A DNA stretch of 42,137 nucleotides from Chloroflexota bacterium (lineage in GTDB: Bacteria > Chloroflexota > Dormibacteria > Aeolococcales > Aeolococcaceae). This document shows positions 11,380 to 21,457 of the stretch, in pieces. The notes under the pieces are model-generated. The model worked only from the letters and a program-made list of their open reading frames with translations. It was not told the origin of the DNA and searched no databases. The first letter of the stretch is position 1, and the number at the start of each line of letters is the position of its first letter. The stretch covers positions 1-42,137 of the forward strand of contig VBGJ01000148.1 of NCBI GenBank assembly GCA_005880445.1, in the 5' to 3' direction. The translations under genes and the position numbers were made by a program.

Positions 11380-12650
11380 GTGCGCGCCAGGTGCTCATCG
11401 ACGTTGGCGCGGTCGTCATCACGCTGCTCGCCGTCGTCCTCGTGCACGAGTTCGGCCACTTCAGCGTGGCCAAGCTGTCGGGCATCCAAGTCGACGAGTT
11501 TGCCGTGGGCTTCGGACCGAAGCTCTTCTCACGAAAGCGAGGCGACACGCTGTACTCGCTGCGCGCGGTACCAGCGGGCGGATTCGTGCGCATGCCAGGC
11601 ATGCTGGGCCTCGCCGGCGAAGCGGATGCGGGCGACCGCAACTTCTATCGCGCCACCAAGCCGCGTCGCTTCGCCACGCTCGCGGCCGGCATCGTTTTCA
11701 ATTTCGTGTTCGCCGGGTTGTGCTTCACCGCGGTGAACATGGCGCCGACGCCCTCCCACGTGCTGCCGGGAGGACCACTTGCCAGCGCAGGCGTCGGCGA
11801 CGGATCGACCATCCTTGCCGTCGACGGGGTGCCCATCCACCGCGACACGCCGCAGAACGTGACCCGGGATCTGCACGCTGCCACATCGCGCGCGCAGGGC
11901 AGACCGCTGCACATCACCTTTCAGGCGTCCGACGGGAGCGTGCGCACCACCGCGGTGCGTCCCGACCTCGTGCTCTTCTATGACACGCAGTCCGGCCCGC
12001 TGCAGCCGGGAGCGTATGTGGTCAGCGGGGTCAATGGACACACGGTCGGCTCAGGTGACCCTGCCGCCGTCCTGGGCGGCGGCGGGAAGGTGATGATCAG
12101 CGGATACCCGGAAGGTGCACCGAGCCAGCGCTTCCATGACGTTGTCATCGCCAACGCGGCGACCGGGTACGCCGTGGCCAACGGGATCACCGCCAACTGG
12201 CTGCTCGGATTGCAGGCCGGCTTCGACGGTCAGCCGTTTCCGACCGCGATCTCCAACGGATTCCAGACGATCCCCGCCTTCATACGCGGCGAAGCGGTCG
12301 GAATCTATCAGCTGATCACGGTACCGTCGCTCGGCGGCGTCACCGGACCGAACGGCTTCACCGGGCCGGTGGGCATCGCGCAGGAAACCGTGTCGGCCGC
12401 GCAGGGCGGGATCCTGGGTCAGCAGGGGCTCGTCTGGTGGATCGGCTTCGTCAGCATGAGCCTCGGGCTCATCAACGTGCTCCCCATCCCGTTTCTCGAT
12501 GGTGGCAAGCTCCTGTTCCTCGGCATCGAGACCGTGCGCCGCCGCCGCATGGACCCGCGCTTCGAGGCCGTCGCATCAGCGATCGGACTCGCGGTAATTG
12601 TGCTGTTCGCCGTCTATGTCACCATCGGTGACGTGGGCAGACTGATATGA
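11376..12650 (+). CDS. rseP: RseP-like M50 intramembrane metalloprotease with PDZ domain
   Basis: HEFGH zinc motif, FAVGFGP, GGFVRM, NVLPIPFLDGG; lies between dxr and ispG; GTG overlaps the dxr stop. Confidence 0.92.
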   Translation: MSARQVLIDVGAVVITLLAVVLVHEFGHFSVAKLSGIQVDEFAVGFGPKLFSRKRGDTLYSLRAVPAGGFVRMPGMLGLAGEADAGDRNFYRATKPRRFATLAAGIVFNFVFAGLCFTAVNMAPTPSHVLPGGPLASAGVGDGSTILAVDGVPIHRDTPQNVTRDLHAATSRAQGRPLHITFQASDGSVRTTAVRPDLVLFYDTQSGPLQPGAYVVSGVNGHTVGSGDPAAVLGGGGKVMISGYPEGAPSQRFHDVVIANAATGYAVANGITANWLLGLQAGFDGQPFPTAISNGFQTIPAFIRGEAVGIYQLITVPSLGGVTGPNGFTGPVGIAQETVSAAQGGILGQQGLVWWIGFVSMSLGLINVLPIPFLDGGKLLFLGIETVRRRRMDPRFEAVASAIGLAVIVLFAVYVTIGDVGRLI

Positions 12651-13831
12651 GCGTCGACATCACCACTCCGCGTCGCCGAAAGACCGTGCCCGTCAACGTC
12701 GGCGGTGTCGTGATCGGCGGAGCCGCGCCGATCTCCGTGCAGACGATGACGAAGACGCAGACCGAGGACGTGCACGCGACCCTGGCGCAGATCGAGCGCG
12801 CCGCGAAGGCGGGCGCCGACCTCATCCGCGTGACCTGCGACACACGTGAGGCGGCCGCGGCGATGAAGGACATCGTGCGCGGTTCCCCGATCCCCATCGT
12901 GGCCGACATCCACTACGACGCGCCGCTCGCGCTGCTCGCTCTGCAGGCGGGGGTGCACTGCCTGCGGCTCAACCCGGGCAACATCACCGACAAGGAGAAG
13001 GTGGCTGACATCGCGCGAGAGGCAAAGGCACGCGACGTGCCCATGCGCATCGGCGTCAACGCGGGCAGCATTCCACAGCGCAAGGAGCTGAGCCGCGGCC
13101 GCGGGGCGACCATCGAGGAGACGGCACGACGCATGGTGGACGCCGCCATGGGTCACATACGAGTGCTCGAAGAGCTCGACTTCCAGAACATCAAGGTGTC
13201 GCTCAAGGCGAGCGACGTGCTGACGAACATCGCCGCAAACCGCGCGTTCGTGGCCCTCGGCAATCGCTATCCGCTGCACCTCGGGCTCACCGAGGCAGGG
13301 CCCGTCGACTCGGGGAGCGTGAAATCCGCCATGGGCATCGGCATGCTGCTCGGCGATGGCATCGGGGACACGATTCGCGTGTCGTTGGTGGGTGAGCCCG
13401 AGGACGAGGTGCGCGTCGGACGCCAGATCCTCGCGAATCTCCAGGAGAAGGGCGACGGACCGAATCTCGTGGCGTGTCCCACGTGCGGACGTCTCGAGAT
13501 CGACATGTTTCCCATGGTCAAACGCGTCGAGGAAGCGTTGCTCGACGTGAAGCGGACCATCACGGTGTCGGTCATGGGCTGTGTCGTCAACGGCCCTGGT
13601 GAGGGCATGCACGCCGACATCGGCATCGCCGGCGGGCGGCAGAAGGGCATTCTCTATCGCGGGGGCAAGGTCATCGCCACGCTGCCGGAGGCCGAGCTGA
13701 TCGACATGCTCGTCACCGAGTTGCAGCGCATCGCCGCGGAGGATGCGCGCCTGCTGTCCGAGGGCAAGCCGCTCCCCGAGGGACTCGGTGACGGTGCGGG
13801 CGTGAGGCCTTTACCGGTCGCGGCCGGCTAG
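12647..13831 (+). CDS. ispG: HMBPP synthase (GcpE)
   Basis: VADIH, RLNPGN, RIGVNAGS, YPLHLGLTEAG, GIGDTIRVSL, CPTCGR, VMGCVVNGPGE. Confidence 0.97.
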   Translation: MSVDITTPRRRKTVPVNVGGVVIGGAAPISVQTMTKTQTEDVHATLAQIERAAKAGADLIRVTCDTREAAAAMKDIVRGSPIPIVADIHYDAPLALLALQAGVHCLRLNPGNITDKEKVADIAREAKARDVPMRIGVNAGSIPQRKELSRGRGATIEETARRMVDAAMGHIRVLEELDFQNIKVSLKASDVLTNIAANRAFVALGNRYPLHLGLTEAGPVDSGSVKSAMGIGMLLGDGIGDTIRVSLVGEPEDEVRVGRQILANLQEKGDGPNLVACPTCGRLEIDMFPMVKRVEEALLDVKRTITVSVMGCVVNGPGEGMHADIGIAGGRQKGILYRGGKVIATLPEAELIDMLVTELQRIAAEDARLLSEGKPLPEGLGDGAGVRPLPVAAG

Positions 13832-13876
13832 CACAGCGCAGCTCGCCAGTCCTCGCTTCCGTACACTTGGCCGCCG

Positions 13877-15337
13877 ATGGCTGAGGCGCGGCGCACCGAT
13901 CCGAAGGCGATAACGCGGCAGTCCGACGATTTCGACCGCTGGTACGTCGACGTCGTGCGCCGCGCAGAGCTCGCCGACTATGCGCCGGTGCGCGGCTGCA
14001 TGGTCATCCGTCCGTACGGCTTTGCACTCTGGGAGCACATCCAGCGTGCGCTCGACGACATGTTCAAGCGTACCGGGCACCAGAACATGTACTTCCCGCT
14101 GCTGATTCCCGAGTCGTATCTGCAGAAGGAGGCGGAGCACGTCGAGGGCTTTGCGCCCGAGGTGGCCTGGGTGACGCACGGCGGCGGCAAGGAGCTGGAC
14201 GAACGGCTCGCCATCCGGCCCACGAGCGAGACCATCATCTGCTCCATGTACGCGGACTGGATCCACTCGTGGCGTGACCTGCCGGTGAAGGTCAACCAGT
14301 GGTGCAACGTGTGTCGCTGGGAGATGCGCACCCGGCTGTTTCTGCGCACGACGGAGTTCCTGTGGCAGGAGGGGCACACCTTTCACGAGTCCGCCGAGGA
14401 AGCGCAAGCCGAAGTCGCCACGATGCTCGACTGTTATGCGGAGCTGGCCGAGGAGTGGCTCGCCATGCCCGTGATCCGGGGACGCAAGACGGAGTCGGAG
14501 AAGTTCGCCGGCGCGGTGTACACGAGCAGCATCGAGGCGATGATGGCGGACGGATGGGCGCTGCAATCCGGCACCTCGCACTACCTTGGACAGAACTTCA
14601 GCCGCCCGTACGACATCAAGTACAGTGATCGGTCGAACGCGCTGCAGTATCCGCACCAGACATCGTGGGGTCTGTCGTGGCGGATCATCGGCGGTGCCGT
14701 GATGGCCCATGGCGACGACGCGGGTTTGGTGCTGCCGCCGAAGGTGGCTCCCGTGCAGGTGGTGCTCGTTCCCATCACGCGCAGCAACGACGTGGAAGGG
14801 GTGCGCGTCGTGGAGGAGGCGGTGGCTGCGATCGAGCGGGCCACCCCTGAGGGGGTGCGCCTCACGGTCGACCGCCGCGAGGGTATACGGCCCGGCGAGA
14901 AGTACGCGCACTGGGAGCTGCGCGGCGTGCCGCTCAGGATCGTCGTCGGAGCCAAGGACCTGGCGGAGCAGCGTGTCACCGTGGTGCGGCGCGTCGACGG
15001 CGAGGCGCTCGTCGTGCCGGTGGACGCGATCGGCGCGCGGTTGCCGGAGATGCTGAAGAGCGCGCAGGCTGCGATCTTCGACGCCGCCCGCGGGCGCCTC
15101 GATTCCAGGAGCGTCGACGTGACGAGCCTCGACGAGCTCGCTGACGCGTTTCGTGAACGGCCCGTCTTCGCCAGCGCTCCCTTCTGCAACAGGGCGGAGT
15201 GCGAGGAGCGGGTGAAGGCCGCCGTCCACGCTGTGACCGTGCGCAACCTGCGGGCGGACCGCACTGCCAGTGGCGCTCCCTGCCTCGCGTGCGGTGGGGC
15301 CGCCGAGGACGTGGCACTGATCGCGCGCGCGTACTGA
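13877..15337 (+). CDS. proS: Proline--tRNA ligase, archaeal/eukaryotic-type (no editing insertion)
   Basis: GCMVIRPYG, KEAEHVEGFAPEVAWV, IRPTSET, FLRTTEFLWQEGHT, GTSHYLGQNF, C-terminal Cys cluster and terminal ARAY. Confidence 0.96.
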   Translation: MAEARRTDPKAITRQSDDFDRWYVDVVRRAELADYAPVRGCMVIRPYGFALWEHIQRALDDMFKRTGHQNMYFPLLIPESYLQKEAEHVEGFAPEVAWVTHGGGKELDERLAIRPTSETIICSMYADWIHSWRDLPVKVNQWCNVCRWEMRTRLFLRTTEFLWQEGHTFHESAEEAQAEVATMLDCYAELAEEWLAMPVIRGRKTESEKFAGAVYTSSIEAMMADGWALQSGTSHYLGQNFSRPYDIKYSDRSNALQYPHQTSWGLSWRIIGGAVMAHGDDAGLVLPPKVAPVQVVLVPITRSNDVEGVRVVEEAVAAIERATPEGVRLTVDRREGIRPGEKYAHWELRGVPLRIVVGAKDLAEQRVTVVRRVDGEALVVPVDAIGARLPEMLKSAQAAIFDAARGRLDSRSVDVTSLDELADAFRERPVFASAPFCNRAECEERVKAAVHAVTVRNLRADRTASGAPCLACGGAAEDVALIARAY

Positions 15338-15364
15338 CCAGACCCAGCGGGGTTGGTCTGGTTT
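15337..15364 (+). terminator. Possible hairpin/terminator after proS
   Basis: ACCAGACC (15337-15344) pairs with GGTCTGGT (15355-15362); only a short T run follows. Confidence 0.35.
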
Positions 15365-15399
15365 GGCTGCGAAACCCAGCACGTACACTGGATCCAGCG

Positions 15400-17526
15400 A
15401 TGCCACTCGAGGACCTCCTGGTCATAGCGGAATACCTCCCGGAGGCCGACCGGGAGACGCTGACGCGCGCCCATGCTGTCGCCGCCGACGCGCACGAAGG
15501 GCAGTTCCGGCTGACCGGCGACGCCTACGTCGAGCATCCTCTGGCGGTCGCCGGCATCCTTGCCGAGCTTCGTCTGGACACAGACACGCTCGTGGCGGCC
15601 CTGCTGCACGACACCGTCGAGGACACCCCGCTGACCCGGGACGACATCCGCGCCTCCTTCGGAGAGCCGGTGGCCAAGCTGGTCGACGGAGTCACGAAGC
15701 TCGGCAAGATCCACGTCCGCACCGCGGAGCAGCACCAGGCGGAGAACATCCGCAAGATGCTCGTCGCCATGGCGGAGGACGTGCGCGTCGTCCTCATCAA
15801 GCTGGGCGATCGTCTGCACAACATGCGCACCGTGGCCGCGCACACCGCCGAGCGGCGTCAGCGGATCAGCCGCGAGACGCTCGACATCTACGCACCACTC
15901 GCCCACCGGCTCGGCATCTGGCAGATCAAGGGCGAGCTCGAGGACCTCGCGTTCGCGCAGCTCGATCCTGACAACCATCACCTGATCCAGGCCAAGCTGG
16001 CCAGCCGGCACGAGCAGCGCGAAGCCTTCGTCCGCGATGTCACTGAGATTCTCGAGCGCGAGTTCGAACCGCTCGGCATGGCGGCGGAGATCGCCGGCCG
16101 CACCAAGCACCTGTACAGCATCCACGAAAAGATGCGGCGGGGCCAGAAGGACTTCGACGAGATCTACGACATCATCGCGATCCGCATCCTCGTCGACACG
16201 ATCAAGGATTGCTATGGCGCGCTCGGCGTCGTCCACTCGCTGTGGAAGCCGATTCCCGGTCGCTTCAAGGACTACATCGCGATGCCGAAGGGCAACGGCT
16301 ATCAGTCCTTGCACACGACCGTGGTATCGCACACGGGCGAGCCCATGGAGGTGCAGATCCGCACGCAGGAGATGCACCAGACATCGGAGTACGGGGTGGC
16401 CGCGCACTGGTGGTACAAGAGTCCCGACGGCACGCGTCTCGATGAGCGTTTCACATGGCTCCGCCTGCTCATGGACTGGCAGAAGGAGGTGCTCGACGCT
16501 GAGGCGTTCGTCGACACGGTGCGCGTCGACATCTTCCAAGACGAGGTGTTCGTCTTCACGCCGCGCGGGGATGTGCGCTCCCTCCCACAGGGATCGACGC
16601 CGGTGGACTTCGCCTACCGCATCCACACCGACGTCGGTCACCGCTGTATCGGTGCCAAGGTGAACGGTCGCATGGTGTCGCTGGATCATCGCCTCGAGAA
16701 CGGCGACATCGTGGAGGTGCTGACGACGAAGGGTCCGCGCGGTCCGTCGCGTGACTGGCTGGGCTTCGTCAAGACGTCGAGCGCCCGGGAAAAGATCCGG
16801 CAGTGGTTCAAGAAGGAGCGGCGAGAAGAGAACATCCAGAAGGGGCGCGAGGCGCTTGACAAAGAATTCCGCCGCTTGCGTCAGATGGCGCTGAGCACGG
16901 TCAAGGACAATGAGCTCGACAAGCTGGCTCAGGAATTCAAGTTCAATGCCCTCGACGACTTTCTGGCGGCTGTCGGATACGGCGACATCAGCGCGCGGAG
17001 CGCGGTGCTGCGCTTCAGCGACGGCGAACGCCCGGCGGAAGAGCACACACTCGGCATCCCGCTGACGAGCACGCCCACACCGACGGGATTCGTGCGAGTG
17101 CACGGCCACGCCGACATGCTCACAAGCCTCGCGAGCTGCTGCAAGCCCGTCGCCGGTGAGCCGATCCGCGGATACATCACGCGGGGGAAGGGTGTGACGG
17201 TGCACCGCAGCGACTGCGCGAACGTGCGCAACGTCATGGACGCCGGCCGGCTGGTGGAGGTGGAGTGGGAGACGGGCGCAAAACAGGTGTATCCGGTGTC
17301 CATCAAGATCGAGGCCTGGGATCGCACCGGGCTCTTGCGAGACATCGCGGCGGTCATCGCGGAGTCGAAGATCAATCTCAGTGGCGCCGACGTGCAGGTC
17401 TACGACGACCGTACTGCCGTGATCTCGACCATCGTCGAGATCCAGAACCTGACGCAGCTGAGCCGGCTTCTCGAGCGTCTCGAGGCCGTGCGTGACGTGC
17501 ACACGGTCGCGCGCGAGCCGGGCTAG
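15400..17526 (+). CDS. rel: Bifunctional (p)ppGpp synthetase/hydrolase (long RSH, Rel)
   Basis: Intact HD motif (AALLHDTVED), RFKDYIA synthetase, NGYQSLHT, TGS (TPVDFAY), CC and ACT domains; ATG 15400 preceded by TACACT. Confidence 0.96.
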   Translation: MPLEDLLVIAEYLPEADRETLTRAHAVAADAHEGQFRLTGDAYVEHPLAVAGILAELRLDTDTLVAALLHDTVEDTPLTRDDIRASFGEPVAKLVDGVTKLGKIHVRTAEQHQAENIRKMLVAMAEDVRVVLIKLGDRLHNMRTVAAHTAERRQRISRETLDIYAPLAHRLGIWQIKGELEDLAFAQLDPDNHHLIQAKLASRHEQREAFVRDVTEILEREFEPLGMAAEIAGRTKHLYSIHEKMRRGQKDFDEIYDIIAIRILVDTIKDCYGALGVVHSLWKPIPGRFKDYIAMPKGNGYQSLHTTVVSHTGEPMEVQIRTQEMHQTSEYGVAAHWWYKSPDGTRLDERFTWLRLLMDWQKEVLDAEAFVDTVRVDIFQDEVFVFTPRGDVRSLPQGSTPVDFAYRIHTDVGHRCIGAKVNGRMVSLDHRLENGDIVEVLTTKGPRGPSRDWLGFVKTSSAREKIRQWFKKERREENIQKGREALDKEFRRLRQMALSTVKDNELDKLAQEFKFNALDDFLAAVGYGDISARSAVLRFSDGERPAEEHTLGIPLTSTPTPTGFVRVHGHADMLTSLASCCKPVAGEPIRGYITRGKGVTVHRSDCANVRNVMDAGRLVEVEWETGAKQVYPVSIKIEAWDRTGLLRDIAAVIAESKINLSGADVQVYDDRTAVISTIVEIQNLTQLSRLLERLEAVRDVHTVAREPG

Positions 17527-17593
17527 CGTGTTTCCGCGACGCGGCGCGCGGTTGCGCTGCCCCGCTCCAGCAAACCCGTAGACTCCGGCGTTC

Positions 17594-18865
17594 ATGGCGG
17601 AGATTGCTGCCCCGCGCGGCACGCACGACATCCTGCCCGCGGAGTCGGCGTCGTGGCGATGGCTGCTCCAAGCCCATGACCGCATCGCCGAATCGTTCGG
17701 CTACCGGCCCATCGAGACCCCCATCTTCGAGTCGACCGAGCTCTTCGCGCGCGGCGTGGGCGCGGAGACCGACATCGTGGAGAAGCAGATGTTCACGTTC
17801 ACGGATCGCGGTGGGCGCGCGCTGTCGCTGCGCCCAGAGAGCACCGCGGGCGTCGTCCGCGCGGTGCTCGGAGCGCACCTGGACCAGGAGCGCCGCCCGG
17901 TCCGCGTGCACTATCGGGGACCGATGTTCCGCGCCGAACGCCCACAGGCGGGGCGGCAGCATCAGTTCACGCAGGTTGGCGTGGAGTGCATCGGGGAGCG
18001 ATCGCCAGACCTCGACGCGGAGGTGATCGAGATCGCATGGCGGTTCTTCGACGCCCTTCAGCTGACCGGTGTTCGTCTGCAGGTCAACACGCTCGGGGAT
18101 GCGGAGGATCGCCGTCGCTATCGGGACGCGCTGGTCGCGTACTACTCACCGTTTCGGGCACGGCTGTGCGATGACTGCAAGCGACGCCTCGACATCAACC
18201 CATTGCGGCTGCTCGACTGTAAGAAGGACTCCGACCTGGTCGCCGGTGCACCGGTGATGTGGGATCTTCTCGACGCCGGCAGCAAGGCGTTCTTCAACGA
18301 TGTGCTCTCGTCCCTCGAGAAGGCAGGCGTGCCCGCAACGGTGAACCATCGCATCGTTCGCGGCCTCGACTACTACGCGGACACCGTGTTCGAGTTCTGG
18401 CACGACAGTCTTCACGGAGCGCAGAACTCGCTGGGCGGCGGCGGACGCTATGACGGGCTGGCCGAGCTTCTCGACCTGCCGCCCGCGCCTGGAACCGGCT
18501 ATGCGCTTGGCGCAGAGCGCATCCTCATGGTGGCGCAGCGGCTCGGCATCGCCCCCGGTCCGGACCCCGATTGCGACGCCGTCGTGTGCTCGGTGGAGAC
18601 GCCGCAGGCGCAGGTCGCCGCCACATTTGCGCGAGAGCTCAGGACCGCCGGCGTGCGGGTCGTGCTCGATGTGTCGGAACGCCGGTTGGACCGCAAGCTT
18701 CGCGCTGCGGATCGCCTGGGTGCGCGCGCGGCCGTGATCGTGGGGGAGGAGGAGGTGCGCGATGGCACGGTGGTCGTGCGCGATCTGTTTGAGCACGCGC
18801 AGCAGCGGGTCGGGTCCCCAGAGCTGACCGACGCGGTGTCGCGCGTGATCAGGATGCGCGCGTGA
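17594..18865 (+). CDS. hisS: Histidine--tRNA ligase
   Basis: PRGTHD, TPIFESTELF, LRPESTA, FRAERPQ, VRGLDYY, GGGRYDGL. Confidence 0.97.
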   Translation: MAEIAAPRGTHDILPAESASWRWLLQAHDRIAESFGYRPIETPIFESTELFARGVGAETDIVEKQMFTFTDRGGRALSLRPESTAGVVRAVLGAHLDQERRPVRVHYRGPMFRAERPQAGRQHQFTQVGVECIGERSPDLDAEVIEIAWRFFDALQLTGVRLQVNTLGDAEDRRRYRDALVAYYSPFRARLCDDCKRRLDINPLRLLDCKKDSDLVAGAPVMWDLLDAGSKAFFNDVLSSLEKAGVPATVNHRIVRGLDYYADTVFEFWHDSLHGAQNSLGGGGRYDGLAELLDLPPAPGTGYALGAERILMVAQRLGIAPGPDPDCDAVVCSVETPQAQVAATFARELRTAGVRVVLDVSERRLDRKLRAADRLGARAAVIVGEEEVRDGTVVVRDLFEHAQQRVGSPELTDAVSRVIRMRA

Positions 18866-20679
18866 GCACAGCCCGCACCTTCTGCGGAACGCCACGCGCC
18901 GGCGACGCGGGAAGGACCATGACCGTCTTCGGTTGGGTCGACCGGCGCCGCGATCACGGCGGGCTCATCTTCATCGACCTGCGCGACCACACCGGCACCC
19001 TGCAGGTGGTCATCGATCCGCAGACGGCGCGCGGCCTGGGGAACGCGCACGAGGTTCGCTTGGAGTGGGTGCTGCGTGTGGACGGCGAGCTGCGCGCGCG
19101 AGCGCCGCAGAACGTCAACCCGAAACGCGAGACCGGCGAGGTGGAGCTGCACGCTGCCGCGTGCGCCGTGCTGTCGGCAGCGAAGACACCGCCGTTCCCG
19201 GTGAACGAAGACAGCGAGGTGGAAGAGCAGCTCCGCCTGCGCCATCGTTACCTGGATCTGCGCCGGCCGAGGCTGCAGCGCAACCTGCGCACGCGCGCGG
19301 CGTTTTGCATCGAGCTCCGCCGCGCCCTCACCGGGCTGGGTTTCGTCGAGATAGAGACGCCGCAGATGATTCGGGCGACGCCGGAAGGAGCACGGGACTA
19401 CCTGGTGCCGAGCCGGCTGTTCCCTGGCAGCTTCTACGCGCTGCCGCAGTCGCCACAGCTCTACAAGCAGTTGTGCATGGTGGCCGGCTTCGATCGTTAT
19501 TTCCAACTGGCGCACTGCATGCGTGACGAGGACCTGCGCGCAGACCGTCAACCGGAATTCACGCAGCTCGACATCGAGATGTCGTTCGTCGACGAGGAGG
19601 ACGTGTTTGCAGCGCTGGAGCAGGTCATCCCGGCCGCGTGGAACGCGTGTGACTTTCGAGGCAGCCCGCTGCCCGTTCCATTCCCACGCGTCACGTGGAA
19701 GGATGCGATGGGTCGCTACGGAACCGACAAACCGGACACGCGGTTCGCGCTCGAGCTCACCGACATCACCGCCACGGTGCGGCACTCCGGCTTCCGCGTC
19801 TTCGCCGACGCGGTGGCCAGGGGTGCCATCGTCAAGGCGATATGCGTCCCGGGTGGCGGCGACCTGTCTCGCGCCGACATCGAAGGGCGCCTGACCGACA
19901 TCGCCCGCGATGCCAAGGCGAAGGGACTTGCGCATCTCTGGAAGCGAGCCGGCGGATGGGAGGGTCCGATCGCGAAATTCTTCACCGCCGAGGAGCTCGA
20001 CGGGATCGGCGCCGCCACCGGAGCGAACACCGGCGACTGCGTGCTCATGGTCGCCGACACACCGGACACGGTGGCCGCCGCGCTCGGCGCGCTGCGCAAT
20101 CATCTGGGCGCGGCGCGCGGTCTCTACGATCGAGACCGCGTCGACATGATCTGGGTGACCGAGTTTCCCATGTTCACGCGCAGCGCGGAGACGGGTGAGG
20201 TCACGCCCGCGCACCATCCGTTCACGATGATCAACGCCGACGATGTCGGCAAGCTCGAATCCGATCCGCTCGCCGTACGTTCGCGGGCCTACGACATCGT
20301 GGTCAACGGTAGAGAGGTGGGCAGCGGCAGCATTCGGATCACGGATCCCGACATTCAGCGGCGCGTCTTTGCGGCGATCGGCATCGACGGAGAAGCCGCG
20401 CGTCGCAAGTTCGGATTCCTTCTCGAGGCGTTCGAATACGGTGTCCCTCCACACGGAGGGTGGGCCGGCGGCATCGACCGGATGCTGATGGAAGGGCTCG
20501 CGGAAGAGAACATCCGCGATGTCATCGCCTTTCCCAAGAACCAGCAGGCGCAGGAGCCGATGACCGATGCGCCGGCGCCGGTGGACGAGGCCCAGCTGCG
20601 CGAGCTGGGCCTCACCCTGCCGCCGTCGCGGCGGAACGAGTCAGCGCAGCCGAAGCCCCCATTTAGCGAGCGGAGGTGA
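18862..20679 (+). CDS. aspS: Aspartate--tRNA ligase (bacterial type with GAD insert; possibly non-discriminating)
   Basis: RRDHGGLIFIDLRD, YALPQSPQLYKQL, DEDLRADRQPEFTQLD, GSGSIRI, PPHGG, IRDVIAFPK. Confidence 0.97.
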   Translation: MSTARTFCGTPRAGDAGRTMTVFGWVDRRRDHGGLIFIDLRDHTGTLQVVIDPQTARGLGNAHEVRLEWVLRVDGELRARAPQNVNPKRETGEVELHAAACAVLSAAKTPPFPVNEDSEVEEQLRLRHRYLDLRRPRLQRNLRTRAAFCIELRRALTGLGFVEIETPQMIRATPEGARDYLVPSRLFPGSFYALPQSPQLYKQLCMVAGFDRYFQLAHCMRDEDLRADRQPEFTQLDIEMSFVDEEDVFAALEQVIPAAWNACDFRGSPLPVPFPRVTWKDAMGRYGTDKPDTRFALELTDITATVRHSGFRVFADAVARGAIVKAICVPGGGDLSRADIEGRLTDIARDAKAKGLAHLWKRAGGWEGPIAKFFTAEELDGIGAATGANTGDCVLMVADTPDTVAAALGALRNHLGAARGLYDRDRVDMIWVTEFPMFTRSAETGEVTPAHHPFTMINADDVGKLESDPLAVRSRAYDIVVNGREVGSGSIRITDPDIQRRVFAAIGIDGEAARRKFGFLLEAFEYGVPPHGGWAGGIDRMLMEGLAEENIRDVIAFPKNQQAQEPMTDAPAPVDEAQLRELGLTLPPSRRNESAQPKPPFSERR

Positions 20680-20744
20680 ATTCATTTCACCGGAGCTCGC
20701 ACGCCTTTGGGGGGTGCGCGAGGGGGGATCCTGATCCCCCCTCG
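20656..20744. repeat. Composite palindromic (REP-like) element or bidirectional terminator between convergent genes
   Basis: Perfect 12-bp inverted repeat CGAGGGGGGATC-ct-GATCCCCCCTCG (20719-20744) plus nested GCGAGC..GGTGAA-ttcat-TTCACC..GCTCGC stem (20666-20700) flanked by CCCCC/GGGGG. Confidence 0.65.
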
Positions 20745-20748
20745 ATAT

Positions 20749-21102
20749 CTAGTTGACCCCGACCGGCTGCCGCGCGCCGGGCGGCGCATACACACTGGCG
20801 ACGTCCTTCGCCTTGCCCAGGATGCTCTGCATGTCGCTTGCGGTGATCAGCTTGATCGTGCGGATGCCGCGCAGCGCGCCGCTGCTCGCGGTCGCCACCG
20901 CGAGCGCAGCTGCGGCATTGTCATCAGGCGCCTCTGCGATGAGCAGAAAGTCGTCTTCGCCGAACGTGAAATACAGTACGTCGACCTTGCCTCCGACTCG
21001 GTCCGCCGCCTTTTGGACCGCGGCAGCACGGTCACCAGGATTGGCGATGAATTGCGCCCACGTCTCTGCCTTGTATCCGCCAAGGAACGCGTATTTCGGC
21101 AT
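20749..21102 (-). CDS. GYD domain-containing protein
   Basis: MPKYAFLGGY...DRAAAVQKAADRVGGKVDVLYFTFGEDDFLLIAEAPD...SSG..RT..L pattern typical of the GYD family; AGGAGG SD upstream on the - strand. Confidence 0.85.
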   Translation of the reverse strand: MPKYAFLGGYKAETWAQFIANPGDRAAAVQKAADRVGGKVDVLYFTFGEDDFLLIAEAPDDNAAAALAVATASSGALRGIRTIKLITASDMQSILGKAKDVASVYAPPGARQPVGVN

Positions 21103-21153
21103 CGCAGCCACCTCCTCGTCTTCTATCTGCGTGCAGCCGGACCATGCTAGCTC

Positions 21154-21417
21154 ATGAGTCCGGCGCTCGCTCTTGCGGTGCTTTTCGTGCTGATCGGAGC
21201 CCAGGCGACGCGTGTCATCGCGCCGCGTCGTGGCTCGTATCCGCTGCTCCTGGCGCTGGCGGCGGTGGGCCTCGCAGCGGCGGAGCTGGTCGCCATCGGG
21301 GTACACCTCGGCGGCCCGCAGGTGGGCGTGCTCCATCCGGTGATCGACGTCATCGGCATCGGGATGGCCGAGATCCTCGGCCTGCGGCTCACGGGCCCAC
21401 GGCGCCGCGTCCGATAA
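21154..21417 (+). CDS. Small hypothetical membrane protein (about 3 TM)
   Basis: 87 aa, three hydrophobic segments, basic C-tail; fills the gap divergent from the GYD gene. Confidence 0.65.
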   Translation: MSPALALAVLFVLIGAQATRVIAPRRGSYPLLLALAAVGLAAAELVAIGVHLGGPQVGVLHPVIDVIGIGMAEILGLRLTGPRRRVR

Positions 21418-21457
21418 TCTCGACTGCGCCAGAAACCCGAGTCAGGAGTCATCAGTC

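Noticed and set aside
13832-13876. T-box riboswitches before proS, hisS or alaS
   Set aside because: Intergenic gaps are only about 45-80 nt and lack the T-box consensus.
13877-15337. Archaeal/eukaryotic-type ProRS as a recent horizontal transfer
   Set aside because: This type is widespread in bacteria, sits at the usual ispG-proS position and matches the local composition.
14581-17685. Very long - strand ORFs (1034 aa here; also 38384-40801, 18499-20454, 25075-26826)
   Set aside because: Antisense shadows of well-supported + strand genes, expected in high-GC DNA; no recognisable motifs.
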